From: Sedimentisphaerales bacterium
Lineage (GTDB): Bacteria; Planctomycetota; Phycisphaerae; Sedimentisphaerales; SM23-30
Length of the DNA stretch: 64,000 bases
Direction: 5' to 3'
NCBI GenBank assembly: GCA_963663805.2
Contig: CAXXMR010000018.1
Location: forward strand, 96,001 to 160,000
Positions within the stretch are counted from its first letter, which is position 1, and the number at the start of each line of letters is the position of its first letter. The notes below the pieces were generated by a model. The model ran no database searches, was not told the DNA's origin, and worked only from the letters and a program-made list of their open reading frames with translations. Of the stretch, positions 1 to 9,982 are shown in pieces. The position numbers and the translations under genes were made by a program.

Positions 1-2
1 AT

Positions 3-740
3 CTTTTTCTCTTGGAAGCCCTTGATGCCTGTGGTCGGATTTGTCGGTTTGTTAATGATGCGGCAGCAACTGATTTTGAGGCTTGTGCCGGGAAAATCCG
101 TCAGGGCTTGCGAAAGTATTTTTGCTTGAATAAAGGATATTTTATTCCCCAGGAAAATGATAGAAGTAGTGATAGCATTCATTCGCAATTGATTCAGGCT
201 CTAGGTCTTAAGCTTAAAGTTTTTCTTCCTCAATTTGAAGATTCCAGCAGGTGGGCTTTGGCTTATGACAAAAGCCTTTCGGAAATATCACTTGGGATGC
301 ATAATTATTATTATGAGGCACTGTTGCAAAAACCGGATTTGTTCGGAGGATTTGTTCTGGATCATATCGGAAATCGCTGGGGCAAAATGATTGAATCAGG
401 TTCTAGTGCTTTCTGGGAAACGATTTTGGGACATGAAGATTTTGATGGAGCCGGTAGTTTGTGTCACGGCTGGTCTGCGATACCAGCCTATATCTATCTT
501 GGATATATACTGGGAATAAAGCCTATCAAACCAGGTTTTAAGACTTTTTTGGTAAGTCCCGTACCCGGCAATCTCCTTAGTGCTGTAGGGAGTGTGCCCA
601 CGCCGGAGGGACTGATAAAAATTGAGTGGAAAAAAAAGCATGACAAGTATATTCTGAATATCAGTTGTCCTCCAAGGCTGGAACCTAAAATTTCCATATG
701 CAAAGATTACGCCCAGCTCTGGGAAATTAACAGGCTCTAA
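3..740 (+). CDS. alpha-L-rhamnosidase-like GH78 family protein, C-terminal part (5' end outside window)
   Basis: G-S-S-A-F-W-E and SLCHGWS motifs followed by the ILGIKP...PGF...VPTPEG.I.IEW C-terminal domain; frame open to the window edge. Confidence 0.8.
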   Translation, partial: LFLLEALDACGRICRFVNDAAATDFEACAGKIRQGLRKYFCLNKGYFIPQENDRSSDSIHSQLIQALGLKLKVFLPQFEDSSRWALAYDKSLSEISLGMHNYYYEALLQKPDLFGGFVLDHIGNRWGKMIESGSSAFWETILGHEDFDGAGSLCHGWSAIPAYIYLGYILGIKPIKPGFKTFLVSPVPGNLLSAVGSVPTPEGLIKIEWKKKHDKYILNISCPPRLEPKISICKDYAQLWEINRL

Positions 741-745
741 ATAGG

Positions 746-809
746 TAAACTTTTCGAGTTTTTCGAGCTACATCAGATTTAGCGGGTCTACATCTACCGC
801 GACATGTAT
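746..809 (-). repeat. inverted 64-bp copy of the priA 3' end (att-like)
   Basis: Reverse complement matches 37194-37257 at 63/64 nt; encodes IHVAVDVDPLNLM-stop plus 22 nt downstream. Confidence 0.95.
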
Positions 810-1008
810 CGGAAGTTTCTTGCATCCCACGAGCAATATTGTCTGTAACGCTCTGTCAGCCAAAGTTTTATGTTCTTTTCTGGTTTTCTTCTTAGTGGAC
901 ACTTTCAGAGTGCTTCGTACGATTATCTCTGGTGGCTCAATATTCGGCAATACATCGTGGGGGTGGCAGTTATACACCTGCCGCCCCAGGTGTGAGGTGG
1001 TGATTAGC

Positions 1009-1727
1009 CCCAATTTCTCACTTAAGGGGTAAAAAGTGGATTTTTGGCTCCTTCAGGGCTGTTGGTCTGTCGCCAACAGTGGTGTTATTTTTTGAGCTGA
1101 CCGCTGTATATTTTCGGTGGCTTTTGCGGCGGCATTTCCATCTTCAAATGGTATAGCAGCAATTTCTGATCGCCATCGGGCTCGGTATATCTCTGCATCA
1201 GCAGAGTCCTGCCGTCCTGGGTTTCAAAGGACACATCGAGCATCTGGATTCGTGACATTGTTTCCAAAACGGCCTGGCTGGTTATCCCGCAGGCACTGGC
1301 CCGCAGTCTGTGTCTCAAGGTCACTTGCAGACAATAGCTCATAAACGCTACAAACACGTGAGCATCGACCCGGTCTTCTTTATGGTGATAGACCGGCCGA
1401 ACACCCAGATCGCTTTTGAGCTCCCGGAACGCTTGTTCTACATTACATTGCAGCATATACTCCTGCCAAAGCTCTATGCCATTCTTTCCGGTTTGATTGG
1501 TACGCAAAAAGTATGTGCCGTCACGATAAATCATTTCTCGGTATTTGTTCCTATCGAATTTATAATCAAACTCACCTTCCTCAATTCTTTCCTTTGGTTT
1601 TGGAATTGTAAGAGTAACGCATTTATACGAACTGCCAGCATGATGTTTGAGTTTGCCCAGCCTTTGCATAAAACGGGCGTAATCACGATATTTCTTCAGC
1701 TTCTCCAGACCTTCCAGATAGTCACGC
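1009..1727 (-). pseudogene. IS1634-family transposase, 3' fragment cut by IS21; probable right end near 1009
   Basis: VEQAFRELKSDLGVRPVYHHKEDRVDAHVFVAFMSY motif; frame stays open up to the IS21 terminus at 1728; stop at 1085. Confidence 0.85.
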
Positions 1728-1854
1728 TGGTGATTAGCATTGAAAATGGAGCCAGATTTGCATCGAAATCTGAGCCACTTAGGTTAGTAAAATAACGCCG
1801 ATTTCGGCGTTGTCAATAGGGATTCTGGTCCTTTTTCGTTGGATTGAGGCTTTC

Positions 1855-2619
1855 TTAGCCTTCTTTTTTCCGTTTTTTCTCTAAACTCTGGTTAAGTCGC
1901 CAGCTGTCGGTTATGATTTCGACCACGCTCACATGGTGGGTCAGTCGGTCCAGCAGAGCACCGGCTAATCTTTCATCATCGCCAAAGACCTGGGGCCAAT
2001 CGGCGAATGGCAGATTCGTTGTTACGATCAGGCTGGTTTGTTCATAGCACTGGCTGAAAAAGCCGAACAGATGTTCCGCTCCGATACGGTCGAACGGGAC
2101 ATAGCCCAGTTCATCGATGATGATCAGGTCGCATTTTTTTATATAGCTCTCTAATTTCAACACCGCTCTTTCCTGTCGGGCTTCGAGATACGTATTAACC
2201 AGTTCAGCAGCGGTAAAAAACCGCACTTTATAACCTCGTCGGCAGGCTTCCCGGCCGAGGGCGATGGCCAGATGACTTTTACCCACGCCCGGCGGGCCGG
2301 TAAAGACGATATTACTGCGGCGGTCGATAAAGCCGCACATCGAAAGGTCGATAATCTGTTTTTTATTTATCTGCGGCACGGCCATAAAATCAAAACTTTC
2401 AAGTTCCTTAGTCATGGGGAAGTTTGCCTGTTTCAATCTCCTGGCGATGGCCTGCGACTGTCGATGAAAGACTTCGATTTCGGCCAGTCTTTGCAGGTAA
2501 CTTTCATAGGATTCGTTTGCCTGGGCGGATGCCCGGGCAATTGTCTGATACTCTTTTTGAATTGTCGGAAGCTTCAGGGTCTTGAGATAGCTTTTTAATA
2601 AAACCATTGGATCTTTCAT
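1855..2619 (-). CDS. istB: IS21 helper ATPase IstB
   Basis: Walker A GPPGVGKS, LIIIDELGY, TTNL, DRLTHH motifs. Confidence 0.95.
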   Translation of the reverse strand: MKDPMVLLKSYLKTLKLPTIQKEYQTIARASAQANESYESYLQRLAEIEVFHRQSQAIARRLKQANFPMTKELESFDFMAVPQINKKQIIDLSMCGFIDRRSNIVFTGPPGVGKSHLAIALGREACRRGYKVRFFTAAELVNTYLEARQERAVLKLESYIKKCDLIIIDELGYVPFDRIGAEHLFGFFSQCYEQTSLIVTTNLPFADWPQVFGDDERLAGALLDRLTHHVSVVEIITDSWRLNQSLEKKRKKEG

Positions 2620-4104
2620 GCTACCTCCCCGGCCAACTGGTTATAAACATCGAGATTGCGTTTGCCATCGCCTTGGTTTACCAGGACTTGATTGCCGGCA
2701 AGGTTCAATTGTGAGCCGTTACGTAAAAAGCTTTCCACCGCTTCATCGCTGAACGCCCGGCACTTGACACAAACACCAACGGCATGTTCAACTTCTTTTT
2801 GCGGATGCCTGATAAAGAGCAGCAGGATGTTGATGTATTTACCGGTCCCTTCACTGCCGTATCGATATTCAAGCTCTGTTCGCATCAAGGTGAAATCTTC
2901 GCCCCAGGGCTGGCCCTTGAATGGCCGAGCATTATCCAGCGAACCGGGCTTACGCTCTAAAAGTTTGATATAATGCAGCGGATCCAGGATATACTGGTCT
3001 TTATCGTAACATCTGGAATGCGAGGCAACCAGCTCATTTTTATAGAACAGGTCAACCCGGTCAACGAATACCTTGACCTGGCAAGATTGATAGGCATACT
3101 CCGTCGGCACCGAATACCGGTTAGTATCAACCCGTACTGTAAGCTGTTTGTCCGCAAAGGTGGATATTCGACGACAGGCTTCAAACTTCTGCTCAGGCAG
3201 TTCGTATAAATGTGTTTTCTCTTCCGCAAATAAATCGCCAATGGTTTTATTCGTATGAGGTGCAGGGCCCTGGCGATCCAGTTCTTTGATACACTGAGCA
3301 ATCAGCATCTCATTCAGCTGAGCCATATCGGTAACTCTCGGAACCGGAGAGAAGAACTGCCTTTCACTTCGCTTGGCGAGATTCTCGACATCGCCTTTTT
3401 CATTACCTTTAGCGACATTGCAAAAACGAGTGTCAAACAAATACCAACTCTTAAGCTCTACGAATTTGCGGTTGAGCCGACGCTTGCCTTTTTTGAGAAC
3501 CTTTTAGAACCGCAGTTTTTAAATTGTCGTAAGCAATGCGTTTGGGCACGCCGCCGAAATATTCAAACGCCCGGACATGGCCGTCAAGAAAACATTCGAT
3601 CTTCATGCTCTCGTAAGCACAAACAAAAGGAGCCTTAGAACAGCACAGCTTCATGCAAAAAACGTAGACCTTCTTCTCCCTGCCGTTTTCTTTAATGTTA
3701 GCTTCATGCCAGTCAACCTGGGCTTCTTCGCCAAACTCAAACGCTAACGGCAGGTAAGCTTCTTTTTGGCGATTACTCGCTTCCTTGATATACCGCTGGA
3801 CAGTGCTGTAATGACCGGTGAAACCATACTCGTCACAAAGCCGCTGATACATTTTGGTCGCCTGCATCCGCTGCTTACGCCGAACCTTTTTGTCAGATTC
3901 CAGCCAGGTGTCAATAATGTGCGCGAAGGGATCCATGACAGCCTTGACCCGCGGCTGACTGAGCCGATAGCCCGGCGGAATCGGATTTTTCAGGGCCTTG
4001 GCCACCGTGTTACGCGAATGCCCCAGCTCCAGGGCAACCTCACGTTGCGATATCCCATCACGAACTTTACGTCTGATAATCTCATAATGCTCCACTGTAA
4101 GCAC
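2616..4104 (-). pseudogene. istA: IS21 transposase IstA with +1 frameshift
   Basis: Split into 3451-4104 and 2616-3440; one extra base in the T-run at ~3502-3505 relative to the intact copy at 28907-30394. Confidence 0.9.
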
Positions 4105-4240
4105 CTTTCTAAGCCTCCTGTGTCTAAAATGTTACGTATCTTAAACACATCTTATCGGCCTTTTACAGTGGCTCCTTTTTCGATGCTTTTTCAGAAGAGA
4201 AAACCCGCAAATCTGGCTCCATTTTCAATGCTAATCACCA

Positions 4241-4840
4241 ATATGCAACCATCCCAGCCAACTCAACGGCGACGGCGATTATGCTTCGGATGCGAGCGGA
4301 AAATTTATCCGCGTTAGGGAGATTTGTGAGGAAATTGCCTCGCGTCAGGAAAAAAAGTGTTGATTTTTACTCAATTCCGTGAAATCACCGAACCGCTGGC
4401 TGAGCACCTGACCAAGGTTTTTAGTCGGGCCGGACTGATACTGCACGGCGGAACGCAGGTACAAAAACGCAAACAACTGGTCGAACAATTTCAATCTGAT
4501 GACGGGCCGCCGTTTTTTTGTTCTTTCACTCAAAGCTGGCGGGACAGGGTTGAATCTGACCGCGGCATCCCATATAATTCATTTTGACCGCTGGTGGAAC
4601 CCTGCGGTCGAAAATCAGGCTACGGACCGGGCGTTCCGTATCGGCCAGAAACGCAATGTTCTGGTCCACAAATTTGTAACTAGCGGCACAGTTGAAGAAC
4701 GCATTGACGCATTAATTTCTGAAAAGCAAAAAATGGCAGATGAAATTCTCGATTCCGATGGTGAAACAAATCTAACCGAGTTGCCGGACGACGAGATTCT
4801 TCGGCTGGTTAGTCTCGATGTGACTCGCGCTCAATTGTAA
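4241..4840 (+). pseudogene. SNF2-family helicase, C-terminal fragment (5' part removed at IS21 end; frameshifted)
   Basis: [46 protein letters not shown] motifs spread over several frames. Confidence 0.9.
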
Positions 4841-4845
4841 AGGAG

Positions 4846-5931
4846 ATGTTTATTATGTCATTTTATCCCTGGCGTCCTTATGTTTCTGTCGCCCAGCGAC
4901 GGGCCAAGGCCTTGCGACAAATGAATAAACTTCGCAAGAAAGGCCATAACATTCAACCGGTAGAAATTGAAGGGCGAGCCATTGCCCGCAGTTTCTGGGG
5001 TAAAGCGTGGTGCGAGCATCTCGAATCTTTTTCTGATTATTCCAACCGCCTGCCGCGCGGCCGAACTTATGCACGTAACGGTTCAATATGTCATTTGAAT
5101 ATCGAATCGGGAAAAATCGAAGCTATTGTCAGCGGTTCGGAACTATATAATGTCACGATAAAAATCGAAAGTTTACGCAGTTCTGTCTGGAAAACCATTA
5201 AGAAAAAGTGCAGCGGGCAAATAGGTTCGATGCTTGAGCTGCTTCAAGGCAAATTGTCCGACCAGATAATGTCCATAGTGACCGATCGAAAAAATGGACT
5301 ACTGCCGCTGCCCGGTCAGATCAAGCTCAGTTGTGATTGCCCGGACTGGGCGGTAATGTGTAAGCATGTCGCAGCCGTTTTGTACGGCATCGGAAATCGA
5401 CTTGACAGTCAACCCGAACTGTTATTCACGCTTCGCGGTGTTGACGCCACTGAATTGATTGCCGGCGAGATTGCCCTGCCGGATACCGCGGCTGGTGTCG
5501 GCAAGACTATTGCCAATGACCAGATCGCCGATATTTTTGATATTGATATGGATCTGAATGATGAAGTTCCGAAAAAGGCGGCTTCAACATCTCCTGCGAC
5601 AAAAAAACGAATCGCAAAAAAGGCCAAAACTGCCGCGAAGCAAAAGAAAACCTTCCCCAAACTCAGAAAATCTACGAAGAAAATAGCTGCAAAATCAAAT
5701 TTAACCAGGAGTAATCCAGAAACCACCTACCTTCCAAGCATCCGACCAACAGGTAAGTCGGTAGCAAGGCTGCGTAATCGGTTAAAACTTTCAGTATCTG
5801 AATTTGCGAACCGACTTGATGTGACCCCCGCCAGTATATACCGTTGGGAAAAAACTTCTGGGAGATTGAAACTACAGTCCCTTACATTTAGCAAGCTGGC
5901 GAAGCTGCATCAGCAGGTGTGCGAAAAATAG
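4846..5931 (+). CDS. SWIM zinc-finger protein with Lys/Ala-rich linker and C-terminal XRE-like HTH
   Basis: NRLPRGRTYAR and CDCPDWAVMCKHVAAVLY (SWIM CxC...CxH); C-terminal LRNRLKLSVSEFANRLDVTPASIYRWE. Confidence 0.85.
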   Translation: MFIMSFYPWRPYVSVAQRRAKALRQMNKLRKKGHNIQPVEIEGRAIARSFWGKAWCEHLESFSDYSNRLPRGRTYARNGSICHLNIESGKIEAIVSGSELYNVTIKIESLRSSVWKTIKKKCSGQIGSMLELLQGKLSDQIMSIVTDRKNGLLPLPGQIKLSCDCPDWAVMCKHVAAVLYGIGNRLDSQPELLFTLRGVDATELIAGEIALPDTAAGVGKTIANDQIADIFDIDMDLNDEVPKKAASTSPATKKRIAKKAKTAAKQKKTFPKLRKSTKKIAAKSNLTRSNPETTYLPSIRPTGKSVARLRNRLKLSVSEFANRLDVTPASIYRWEKTSGRLKLQSLTFSKLAKLHQQVCEK

Positions 5932-6326
5932 TCTGTTGAGATATCAACCAATTACATAGGGCAGCCCACTCAGCCAGGAGTTTAATTTCGAAGAATAGAA
6001 AGATTCTGAGCGAGCCGGATTGCGGGCAATACCCCGGTCAAAAACAGGACGAGCGATTTGCGGAAGCTGGAAAAATAGCGAAGAAATTCCCCACCAACCG
6101 AACACCCCCCCTCACCAGCCATCTCCAGCACCACCCCCCGCCCCACCGGTGACCAAAACGGTGCTGCCCGGTGCCCATTTTGGTGCCGGATGACAGGCTG
6201 CGCGAGGGTAGGGCTGTCTATTGCTGACAAAACATGCCCCCAACACACCAGCCTGCAACGCGCACAAGTGCCTACAAAATAAAAACTTAGACAAATCCAG
6301 ACAACCCCCGTCAAACAATGGCAAAA

Positions 6327-6367
6327 AGCGGGCGATGAGAATCGAACTCACATGGCCAGCTTGGAAG
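6327..6367 (-). pseudogene. 3' half of tRNA-Gly(TCC), att-like remnant
   Basis: Minus strand reads CTTCCAA GCTGG CCAT GTGAG TTCGATT CTCAT CGCCCGC T: anticodon loop, T arm and 3' acceptor strand; no matching 5' half upstream. Confidence 0.8.
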
Positions 6368-6597
6368 CATGAGGAGGCTTTGCCATAAACTCCTAACAAA
6401 TAAATAGTTATGTGGCTACCATATTCAAGAGTGACCGAAACAGTGCTAGAAAGATGGCAACGATAGTAATCCACTGTCACTCGGTGGCAATACCAATATT
6501 TTTGCAAATTATCACTCAATTATGTTGTAAATATCACAGATTGGAGATATAGTAACACCTATTACAGTAACATGGATTACAACAACGCGAGGCGACA

Positions 6598-7923
6598 ATG
6601 AAATTCTACAATCGAAAAACTGAACTCGCGGAGCTTGATATTATCCACAAACAGAGTTCACAAAGCGGCAAAATGACAATCCTTACAGGGAGACGAAGGG
6701 TGGGTAAAACCCTGCTCGCTTTAGAATTTGCCAAGAACCACAAATTCCTATATTTATTTGTCTCCAAAAAAACAGAAGAATTGCTGTGCCAGGAATTCCT
6801 AAAGGAAATAAACACCCATTTTTCAATACCGGTCATCGGCGAGATTAAATACTTCAAGGACGTTTTTAAATTACTATTAGAACTTTCAACACAATGTAAT
6901 TTCACGCTTATAATCGACGAATTCCAAGAATTCTATAATATTAATTCGGCCGTATTTTCTGAGATACAAAACTTATGGGATTCATATAAAGCAAAATCTA
7001 AAATTAATCTCATTTTTATTGGTTCTGTTTATTCGTTGATGCATAAGATTTTCCTCCACGCGAACGAACCTCTTTTTAATCGAGCAGACCGTATCCTCTC
7101 AATCAATCCTTTTACAATTAAAGACACTGTGCAAATATTAAAAGATTACAATAATTTTTCGCTTAATAATTTATTCGACTATTACACTATCACAGGTTGT
7201 ATGCCAAGATACATTGATCTTTTGGTTTCAAATGATTGCTTTTCTTTGTCTGAAATATTAGATTTCATTTTGGCTCCCAACTCTCCGTTCTTGCATGAAG
7301 GGAAAAATGTACTTATCGAAGAATTTGGGAAAGATTACAATACCTACTTCTCAATCCTATCTTTGATTTCATCCGGCAAAACATCTCGGCCTGAAATAGA
7401 GTCAATCTTAGAACGAAATATCGGCGGCTATCTAGATAGACTTGAAAACGACTTTGGAATAGTCAAAAAGCATAAACCGGTTAACGCAAAGCCTGGCTCA
7501 AGGCTGCAGAAGTATAAGATTTCAGACAATTTCCTGACTTTTTGGTTTCGATTTATTTACAGCAATTGGTCAGCGGTTGAAACCGGCAATTTTGATTATA
7601 TCCGAAAAAACATCGAAAGAGACTATTCAACCTATTGTGGCACAATGCTGGAAAACTTTTTTAAAGAGTTAATTGCGTCATCTGGGCAATATAACATTGT
7701 TGGCTCGTACTGGGACCGAAAGAATGAAAATGAGATAGATATTGTTGCCATAAATGAAATGGAAAAACAACTTTTTCTGGCAGAAGTTAAATTAAACAAA
7801 GCTAAAATAAACATGAATAAGTTCAAGGCCAAAACAATAACTTTGCTAAATTCATACAAAGAATATACCTCTGAATTGGCGGCATTGAGCCTTGAGGATG
7901 CTGCTGCATACTTAAACTTGTAA
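6598..7923 (+). CDS. AAA ATPase, archaeal-type ATPase plus DUF234-like C-terminus
   Basis: KFYNRKTEL start, GRRRVGKT Walker A, IIDEFQ Walker B, DNFLTFWFRF, EIDIVA...AEVK nuclease-like tail. Confidence 0.85.
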   Translation: MKFYNRKTELAELDIIHKQSSQSGKMTILTGRRRVGKTLLALEFAKNHKFLYLFVSKKTEELLCQEFLKEINTHFSIPVIGEIKYFKDVFKLLLELSTQCNFTLIIDEFQEFYNINSAVFSEIQNLWDSYKAKSKINLIFIGSVYSLMHKIFLHANEPLFNRADRILSINPFTIKDTVQILKDYNNFSLNNLFDYYTITGCMPRYIDLLVSNDCFSLSEILDFILAPNSPFLHEGKNVLIEEFGKDYNTYFSILSLISSGKTSRPEIESILERNIGGYLDRLENDFGIVKKHKPVNAKPGSRLQKYKISDNFLTFWFRFIYSNWSAVETGNFDYIRKNIERDYSTYCGTMLENFFKELIASSGQYNIVGSYWDRKNENEIDIVAINEMEKQLFLAEVKLNKAKINMNKFKAKTITLLNSYKEYTSELAALSLEDAAAYLNL

Positions 7924-7994
7924 CTGTGACAATTGCTTGGGCAGTAATTCTGTTGAAACGTTCTGTCGGATTAAGTGGTGGTTGCTACATATTA

Positions 7995-9114
7995 TTAATC
8001 CGGCAATAAAATAGATGAACATTATTAATTTTCTGCTATACTTTTGTAATGGAAAAACGAGATTCACGAAAACTTAACCAGCAAGCTCAGTATGAACTGA
8101 GGCGAACCTGCATAAAGTTGCTCAAAGCCGGCAAAAAGCAAAGGGAAGTTGCGGCGATCCTTGAGATTGCTTACCAAACTGTCAATCGATGGTGGCAGCG
8201 ATATTTGTCTGAGGGAATGGCTGGCTTAAAGCCCGGCCAACGAGGTCGCAGAAAAGGCGAAAACAGAACTTTGACTTTAGAGCAGGAAAAGGAGATTGAG
8301 GTTTTGATTCGGGACAAATATCCTGAACAGTTAAAACTGAAATTTGCTTTGTGGAATCGTCAGGCGGTAATGGATTTAATCGAACAGAAATTTTCGATTA
8401 AGTTGCCGATCCGCACTGCTGGCGAATATCTTAAGCGTTGGGGTTTTACACCTCAAAAACCGATTCGCAAAGCTTATGAGCAACAGCCCGAAAAGGTCCA
8501 GCAATGGCTGGGCGAGACCTATCCAGAGATCGAAAAGCGTGCTAAAAAGGAAGATGCTGAGATTCAATGGGCTGATGAAACCGGGCTTAACAGTGCTGAC
8601 GCTCGTGGTCGGGGCTATGCTCCTAAAGGCCAAACCCCGACGGTTTACGGCCCAGCCCAGCGTTTTTCGGTAAGTATGATTTCATCGCTGACAAATAAAG
8701 GGCAATTGCGTTTTATGATTTATGAAGGCGGCTTGAAGGTGGATATATTTTTGACATTTTTGCGACGACTCATTAAGGATGCTAAACGAAAAGTATTTTT
8801 GATTGTCGATAATCTTAGAGTTCACCATGCCAAGAAGGTTCAACGGTGGGCAACTAAACATAAAAAGAAAATCGAGCTGTTCTTTCTGCCGCCTTACAGC
8901 CCGGAACATAACCCCGATGAATATGTCAACCAGGACATCAAACAACAACTCAAGAAGAAGCCCGCGCCAAGGTCACAAGAACAATTGCAGGATAATCTGA
9001 GTTCTTATATGCGGAGCCTGCAACGAAAGACTAAGAAGGTAAAAAAGTTTTTCAATCACGAAAAAGTGCAATACGCAAAAGCGAGTTGATTCATATGTTT
9101 AATTGCCGGAGTAA
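7995..9114 (+). mobile_element. IS630-family element
   Basis: Imperfect IRs TTAATCCGGCAATAAA / TTTAATTGCCGGAGTAA, flanked by TA at 7993-7994 and 9115-9116. Confidence 0.9.
8049..9089 (+). CDS. IS630 transposase (intact)
   Basis: HTH N-terminus, WADETG, IVDNLRVH, FLPPYSPEHNPDE. Confidence 0.95.
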   Translation: MEKRDSRKLNQQAQYELRRTCIKLLKAGKKQREVAAILEIAYQTVNRWWQRYLSEGMAGLKPGQRGRRKGENRTLTLEQEKEIEVLIRDKYPEQLKLKFALWNRQAVMDLIEQKFSIKLPIRTAGEYLKRWGFTPQKPIRKAYEQQPEKVQQWLGETYPEIEKRAKKEDAEIQWADETGLNSADARGRGYAPKGQTPTVYGPAQRFSVSMISSLTNKGQLRFMIYEGGLKVDIFLTFLRRLIKDAKRKVFLIVDNLRVHHAKKVQRWATKHKKKIELFFLPPYSPEHNPDEYVNQDIKQQLKKKPAPRSQEQLQDNLSSYMRSLQRKTKKVKKFFNHEKVQYAKAS

Positions 9115-9179
9115 TAGCTCTCTAGGCCATCGCAATAGGCTTATGAAAATGTAGGTTAGGATGTCGATTGGTTGGTTTG

Positions 9180-9866
9180 CTATTGGGGCAAGTTCACTGG
9201 TTTTGGATGTTTTTTTATGGGGTCTATTTTTGTTATACCGGAATAAAGTAGTTGGTGGACTTGCTGGGTGAAGCTGTTTTGGATATCCTGGTTGCCTAGT
9301 TCTAGATTCAGAAGGTGAGAAATTGTCAGGCGGTTAGAGAAGTAGAAGAAGCTGACCGAGAATATAGTTATCAGATAAGTGCTGAAGTCGATATTGTCTC
9401 GGAAGATTTTTTTGTTCTGACCCAGTTCGTACAGTTCCCTGAGATGGCAGATGTAATTTGACTGTAAGTCCTGCCAGTCTTTATCGCGAAGGCTCTTACC
9501 GCCGTTGAGGTTTTCCCAGGCTAACAGTCGCCAGAAAATGGGATTTTCCCGGTGAAAGCGGAAAAAACTCTCCAGAATGATTTTGGTCATATCGGGGATG
9601 TCTTTTTCCTGGAGCTTGAGGAGCCTTTCGTTTTCTACGGCCTGAGCGTATACAGAAATAAGGGTTTGGCGATAAAGTTCCTCTTTTGACCCGAAATAAG
9701 CGTATATTCTCTGTTTGTTAATGCCGGATTCCTGGCTAATTTCATCGATTCGGGCACCGTTAAGACCTTTTTCGGCGAAAACTTTGGTTGCAGTCTGGAG
9801 GATTTTCTGTTTGCTGGCAATCGAACGTTGTTGTTTTGGGGTAACTGTATTGTCTGTATTTTCCAT
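9180..9866 (-). CDS. TetR/AcrR-family transcriptional regulator
   Basis: ILQTATKVFAEKGLNGARIDEIS...IYAYFGSKEELY; divergent from the catabolic operon. Confidence 0.92.
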   Translation of the reverse strand: MENTDNTVTPKQQRSIASKQKILQTATKVFAEKGLNGARIDEISQESGINKQRIYAYFGSKEELYRQTLISVYAQAVENERLLKLQEKDIPDMTKIILESFFRFHRENPIFWRLLAWENLNGGKSLRDKDWQDLQSNYICHLRELYELGQNKKIFRDNIDFSTYLITIFSVSFFYFSNRLTISHLLNLELGNQDIQNSFTQQVHQLLYSGITKIDPIKKHPKPVNLPQ

Positions 9867-9950
9867 GATGACAGTACGATACGAAAATTCTCACAAAAAA
9901 GCAAATATTTAGTTGTGTTTTTGATTTGGGGGTGTTAATATTTATAAAAG

Positions 9951-9969
9951 AAAACAAATGGTTGGTTTT
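9951..9969. promoter_or_regulatory. candidate TetR operator
   Basis: Imperfect palindrome AAAACAAAT-G-GTTGGTTTT between tetR and the operon RBS. Confidence 0.4.
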
Positions 9970-9982
9970 TTGGAGTGTAGAT

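Larger units (their letters stand above)
1728..4240 (-). mobile_element. IS21-family element, copy 1 (2513 bp)
   Basis: Terminal IRs TGGTGATTAGCATTGAAAATGGAGCCAGATTTGC at both ends; istA+istB; near-identical to 28771-31282. Confidence 0.95.

Noticed and set aside
768..1013. 81-aa ORF ending in the PriA C-terminus, as a real gene
   Set aside because: Explained by the duplicated priA end. The rest has no recognisable domain apart from a weak, frameshifted HTWG...HPH resemblance to IS91 transposases that I cannot support.
3451..3510. Programmed frameshift in istA copy 1
   Set aside because: Copy 2 is intact with one fewer base in the run, so this is a mutation or sequencing error.
6060..6180. 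Third IS66 tnpA-derived remnant
   Set aside because: It shares GGTGCTGGAGA and TCGGTT spacing with 62424-62695, but the region is low-complexity and no IRs were found.
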